A stretch of 64,000 nt of DNA from Octopus sinensis (lineage: Eukaryota), in contig NC_043025.1 in the NCBI RefSeq assembly GCF_006345805.1, positions 310,001-374,000 on the forward strand. Reading direction: 5' to 3'. Positions 58,907-64,000 of the stretch are shown piece after piece. Within the stretch, counting starts at the first letter, position 1. Every line of letters starts with the position of its first letter. The notes below the pieces were generated by a model, which saw only the letters and a program-made list of their open reading frames with translations, made no database searches and was not told the DNA's origin. Both the position numbers and the translations under genes were made by a program.

Positions 58907-59412
58907 TTTTCTTTGAAAGATTTCCACTGTGGTTTAACAGAGAGAGGGGTTAGCTACATCATGTTTAAATACCCAAATATGAGTGTGAGGAAGGCATCCT
59001 TATGATTCTGACAACATATGATGACTGAAGACAGGGAATGGATATGAATAGACCCCCTCATCAATAGATATACCCAATACTCAATCCTATTGAACAACCA
59101 CAGTTATCTGTGGTAGTAGTAAGTACATCAGATAAAAATGCTATCTGATGCGTCTATTGAAAATCTAAGCAGGGTCCTGTCAAACTGTTCCTCTCTATTT
59201 ATTTGCACAAGCTAATAATGAACCAATGAGAGATCGTGTATGTGGTGGTTAGGTCTGTTAGATGTAGCAGCCACATCTGCCTCGTATCTTAAAACAAGGA
59301 CATGTGAACTCACATGGTTATATGGTCATTGCAAATAGGAAAAAGACAGGATGGTCACAGCTAGAATGCTTTTGATCTCAGGCCTGCGCAGTCAGGGTTG
59401 ACCAAGGGCTAA
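54405..59412 (+). repeat. Tandem segmental duplication B, copy 2 (lacks about 1.5 kb of the LINE 5' part)
   Basis: A few percent divergence by eye, with many indels. Confidence 0.93.
55417..56884 (+). mobile_element. Truncated, stop-containing duplicate of the 48759-51751 LINE
   Basis: Aligns to 50281 onward; TAA near 56086 and TAG near 56402. Confidence 0.93.
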
Positions 59413-59683
59413 ACAGCACATTATATTATTAGTATTGTTGTTGTTATTGTTGTTAAGGTGACGGAAATGTGAGCACATCAGGCAAAACGCTTAGTAGCAT
59501 TTCTTCTGACTTTACATTCCAAATTCTGATTACCATGAAGCTGACTTTGCCTTTCATCCTGTTAGGGTCAGTAAAATAGGTACCAGTTGAGTACTGGGGT
59601 TGATTAATGGACTATATATTCCACTTTACCAAAATTGTTTTTATCTTCATCATCATCATCATTATCATCATCCTTATCATTAT

Positions 59684-59895
59684 GGCGGCAAGTTGGCAGA
59701 AACATTAGCACATTGGACAAAATGCTTAGCAGCATTTTATTCACCTTTATGTTCTGAGTTCAAATTCCACCAAGGTAGACTTTGACTTTCATCCTTTCAG
59801 GGTCAATAAATTAACTATCAGTGAAACACTGGGGTCATTGTAATTGACTAATCATCCTTCCCCAAATTTCAGGCCTTCTGCCTTTAGTAGAAGTT
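59684..59895 (+). mobile_element. Second tRNA-derived SINE family
   Basis: ggcggcaagttggcaga head, gagttcaaattcc B box, gactttcatcctttcagggtc central domain; decayed relatives near 53480-53600, 58680-58790 and 59460-59610. Confidence 0.65.
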
Positions 59896-59923
59896 ATTAT
59901 CATTATTATTATTATTATTATTA

Positions 59924-59962
<39 letters not shown>

Positions 59963-59964
59963 CA

Positions 59965-60025
<61 letters not shown>

Positions 60026-60060
60026 CATTATTATTATCATTATTATTATTATTATTATTA

Positions 60061-60097
<37 letters not shown>

Positions 60098-60173
60098 CAT
60101 TATTATTATAATTATTATTATTATTATTATCATTATTATCATTATTATTATTATTATTATTATTATCATTATT

Positions 60174-60220
<47 letters not shown>

Positions 60221-60303
60221 CATTATTATTATCATTATTATTATCATTATTATTATCATTATTATTATTATTATTATTATCATCATTATTATTATTATTA
60301 TTA

Positions 60304-60347
<44 letters not shown>

Positions 60348-60462
60348 ATTATTATTATTATTATCATTATTATTATTATTATTATTATCATTATTATCAT
60401 TACTATTATTATTATTATTATTATTATCATTATTATCATTATTAATATTATTATTATTATCA

Positions 60463-60497
<35 letters not shown>

Positions 60498-60524
60498 ATT
60501 GTTATTATTATTATTATTATTATT
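59894..60524. repeat. About 630-bp (ATT)n microsatellite with ATC interruptions; further (ATT)n at 60694-60847 and 61405-61515
   Basis: Visible directly; source of the poly-Ile ORFs. Confidence 0.97.
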
Positions 60525-60693
60525 CTATGTTTGACTTTTGCTTTATATTTGTACAAGTTGGCTCCAAGTCTCACCCAGAGACCTCAAGAGACAACAGGGT
60601 TGGAAGTCCATGTTGTTGTTATGCCTAGTGTGCCATATATTCAGGGGGTGGGGATGTTGTACTAATGAATGTCTAAAAAAAAAAGGGTTTTTA

Positions 60694-60750
<57 letters not shown>

Positions 60751-60764
60751 CATCATCATCATCA

Positions 60765-60829
<65 letters not shown>

Positions 60830-60847
60830 TTATTATTATTATTATTA

Positions 60848-61406
60848 CTGAGTGAGAGAGCAGTTCATGCCATCAAAGTGACACTGGGGTACAATATACG
60901 AAGCCCAATATACCCATCATGACTACCCGTCTGATAAAGGTACACCAGGCACATGCATCACAACCATATGTGCGCGACATGGTGATCTCATATCAAGATA
61001 AACAGCACATGACCTTGCAGGTGGGGCCCAGTTAGAATTTTCTTCAGGTTGAGTAGCCCATTCCGCTCAAACGGTTCCTGAATAAGGGTTGTTTAAGGAT
61101 GTTGAAAAAAACACCCATGTTTCCAGAGGTGAACTATTCAAACCCCAAAGAATCCCTCTCAACACATGGCTATGATGCTCCCCCACTACTTCTGCTCGTG
61201 ATCAGAGATGCACATATCGTCAGCCACTAAGGGACATGGTCAACTGGTTAAGGTCAAACAACTGACAAGCAAATCTGTGGTATTGAGCAGAATATTTGCT
61301 GTAGCCCATCTTTTATACCAAGACAAAACAATGTACATGATAACACTTCCAATCAGTTAAGATCAGAAGCCATGAGAGCCACTGCCTGGTACTGCATCAG
61401 GGCATT
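60848..61406 (-). mobile_element. About 560-bp non-coding interspersed repeat embedded in (ATT)n, probably a LINE 3' UTR or SINE with a (TAA)n tail
   Basis: Higher-complexity block flanked on both sides by (ATT)n; no protein similarity recognised. Confidence 0.4.
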
Positions 61407-61415
61407 TATTATTAC

Positions 61416-61515
<100 letters not shown>

Positions 61516-63898
61516 GGCAGCGGTGTACTGGAACTGGCAGCAAAACGGGAGCATTCCCGGTTTTGTGAGCCGAGGAGCAGTAACACTGCTGAAGAAAGAT
61601 CTAAACAAGGGAAATGTAATAGATAACTTTAGGCCCATCACTCTGCTTAATGCAGACTTGAAGATTTTGGCCAAGGTGTTAGCCAAGAGGTTGGCGCTTG
61701 TCATCGAAAAACTGGTTGACAAGGCGCAAACGTGCACCGTGCCGGACCGGATCATCCATGACAACCTCCACCTGATGCGCTACATCATAGACAGGGTAGT
61801 TAACGAACCTGGCATGGGTGGGGCGCTGATCAATCGAAAGCTTTCGATAGGGTAGACCATCGATACTTGGAGGCAGTCCTCAGAGCGGCTGGCTTCGGTC
61901 CCGTCTTCCGCGGCTGGATAGCCACTTTGTACAGAGGCATCCGTTCGGTAGTTCGCGTAAATGGACATCTATCGAGACCTTTCGACATCGCACGTTCGGT
62001 TCGTCAGGGATGCCCCCTCTCGTCGCTTCTAAACGTATTGACTCTCGAGCCACTATTGCGGAAGCTGGCAACTCTGAGAGGCATCCCGTGAGAACTGGGA
62101 TGCGGGACGAGCGTGTCTGCATACGCGGACGACGTCACCGTCATAGTGTCTAGCCACGAGCACATCGAGCAGGTCGGCGAGACACTGAAAAACTACGAAG
62201 CAGTGACAGGAGCAAAAATCAACCGGGAAAAGTCAGTGGGCTTGCGACTAGGCACCTGGAGAAGCAAACCCATGCCGTCCACCAGCGCCTCCGTTGTGGG
62301 ACGCTGGACCGACGGTCCGGTCGAGTTGCTCGGGGTCTGGTTCAGTCCGGACCTCCAAATGGAGAAGAACTGGAACGAGATAACGAGTAGGGTGGTCACT
62401 CTCGCCCAGCAATGGGCCGAGAGGAAACTGTCCCTAAAAGGTCGGGCGGAGGTGGCGAACACGTACATCGCGTCCATCATCTACTACCGCCTGACCGTCG
62501 TGCCTTGTTCCGACCCTACCGTCACCAAACTAGAACGTATTCTCTTTCGTTTCTTGTGGAAAGGATGCGTCCCGATGGTCTGACGATTCATTTGCTGCCA
62601 ACTCCCGTTAAAAGGAGGGCTGGGCATGCCGTGGTTGATGATGCGCAGACATGCGCTGAGACTGCGACATCTCAGGCTCTTCGTAGACGACGGTGAACAG
62701 GTGTGGTCACCGTTTGTGAGGCACGCGTTCCCGCAGCTCGTCTCCATGACCGAAATGCAATCGTAGATCAAAATGAGGCCGAGGAAGGGCGAATGGCATC
62801 GCGAGTGTCGCGTTGCTCTCAAGCAACTTTGCCGTCTTGGGTCAACCTCGAGTGACTCCATCACAACCAAAGCATTCTATAGGGGATTAGTGGAGGAGAG
62901 GTACGACGATGAGCTCGGGGCGAACCTGGACGTCGACGAGGAATACCTAACCCGCCTTTTCGGGACTACTTTCGGGCCAGGGCCCATGGACAACTTCCAG
63001 AGATCCCTGGCCTGGCAGTGCTACCGAGAAGCGCTACCCGTTCGGGATAAGCTCTACAGACACGGCTCGAGAAACATGGGGCCGACCTGCCCGAGATGCG
63101 GTCAGAGCGACGAAACTGTTCTGCACGCACTCGTGCAGTGTCCAACAATTTCCGACCTGTGGGCTTATGTCGAACAACTGCTGTTACGTGTGGGACGAGT
63201 TGGTTTATCAGCTGAGTCTATTGTCAATATTGTCACGCCTCCTTCCTTCAAACGGGAAGGAAGAGCTATTTTCATCATCCTTGTGGCTATGGCGAAAGAA
63301 ATGCATCTGGTGGACGCGTCTGAAAGGATTGGAGAGAAACACTTTCCTCTCTGGTCAATCTCTCATCAACTTCTTCAAGTATCACTTGAAGAGGAAAGTG
63401 AGAGTAGAGAGGCAAGTTTTGTCTAGTGAATGTTTTAAAAAAAGATGGGTGACTTTAGCAAGGATGGCACGTATGAATGACGAAGCCACCTTGAGCATAA
63501 TCCTATGAACCCAGAAATTGAAAACAGAGGATTACCCACTTGCAAACAAATGTGGTAACATATAACAATATTGACCGAGGTTACCGTTGTCTTTTTCGTA
63601 GGCTTTTCTTCCCACGGATAAACCTTATCTGCCTCCCCCTTTACACCGTACATCATGACACTGTGATACACGATCCCTATTGATCGTTTATGTTCCTCTT
63701 CCCCTTTTTCCTCTTTTTTCTTCTTTTTTTTTTTCTTTTCTTTTGTTTCTTTTCCTTTTTTATCTTTTTTTCTTTTCCCCCTTTTACGATCCCTTTTGAT
63801 CGAAAACCTACGCCACTTTTTTTTCTTCCCCCAAAAGAAAAGCTCTGCCTTGTAATTTGTCCCATCTGTGTGCAGCCCTGTGTGGCTAATAAAGAAAC

Positions 63899-63953
<55 letters not shown>

Positions 63954-63962
63954 CCTATCTAT
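61516..63962 (+). mobile_element. 5'-truncated Tx1-clade (L1 superfamily) LINE: RT, zf-RVT, 3' UTR, AATAAA and (ATCT)n tail
   Basis: NFRPITLLNADLKILAKVLAKRL, KAFDRVDH, SVRQGCPLS, SAYADD, KINREKS, LSLKGR, CPRCGQSDETVLHALVQC; several stops and frameshifts; AATAAA at 63888-63893. Confidence 0.93.
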
Positions 63963-64000
63963 TGATGTCGATCTCTCTACGTCTCAGTTACTCTCTCTCC

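Noticed and set aside
63677-63965. Lys-rich and Phe-rich ORFs at the window end
   Set aside because: They translate the T-rich 3' UTR and (ATCT)n tail of the Tx1 element.

Overview
AT-rich, repeat-dense eukaryotic genomic DNA. The SINE, LINE and microsatellite families look like those of an octopod cephalopod; this is recognition, not a database result. One host gene is visible: the 3' half of a + strand multi-exon gene (exons 4138-27114, 5' end upstream of the window). Its exons splice in frame into ankyrin repeats, a MIB/IAP-type RING with His replaced by Asp, a short linker and a C-terminal death domain. The RING-to-death-domain interval is a four-unit tandem array of intron plus phase-1 mini-exon; two of the mini-exons each have one splice site killed by a single base change. 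The introns carry RTE and CR1-like LINEs, a complete 847-bp non-autonomous Helitron, a 166-bp tandem array, a mariner relic, a Penelope-type repeat with a minimal hammerhead-ribozyme-like motif, and several perfect palindromes centred on (TA)n. Positions 29-59 kb are a nested mosaic of SINEs, CR1-like and RTE LINEs and microsatellites, organised as two large tandem duplications (about 7.8 kb x2 and about 6.6/5 kb x2) plus older direct and inverted duplications; some may be uncollapsed haplotypes. The window ends with long (ATT)n tracts and a 5'-truncated Tx1-clade LINE with an (ATCT)n tail. There is no rRNA, true tRNA or CRISPR. Most ORFs in the supplied track are microsatellite or antisense artefacts.
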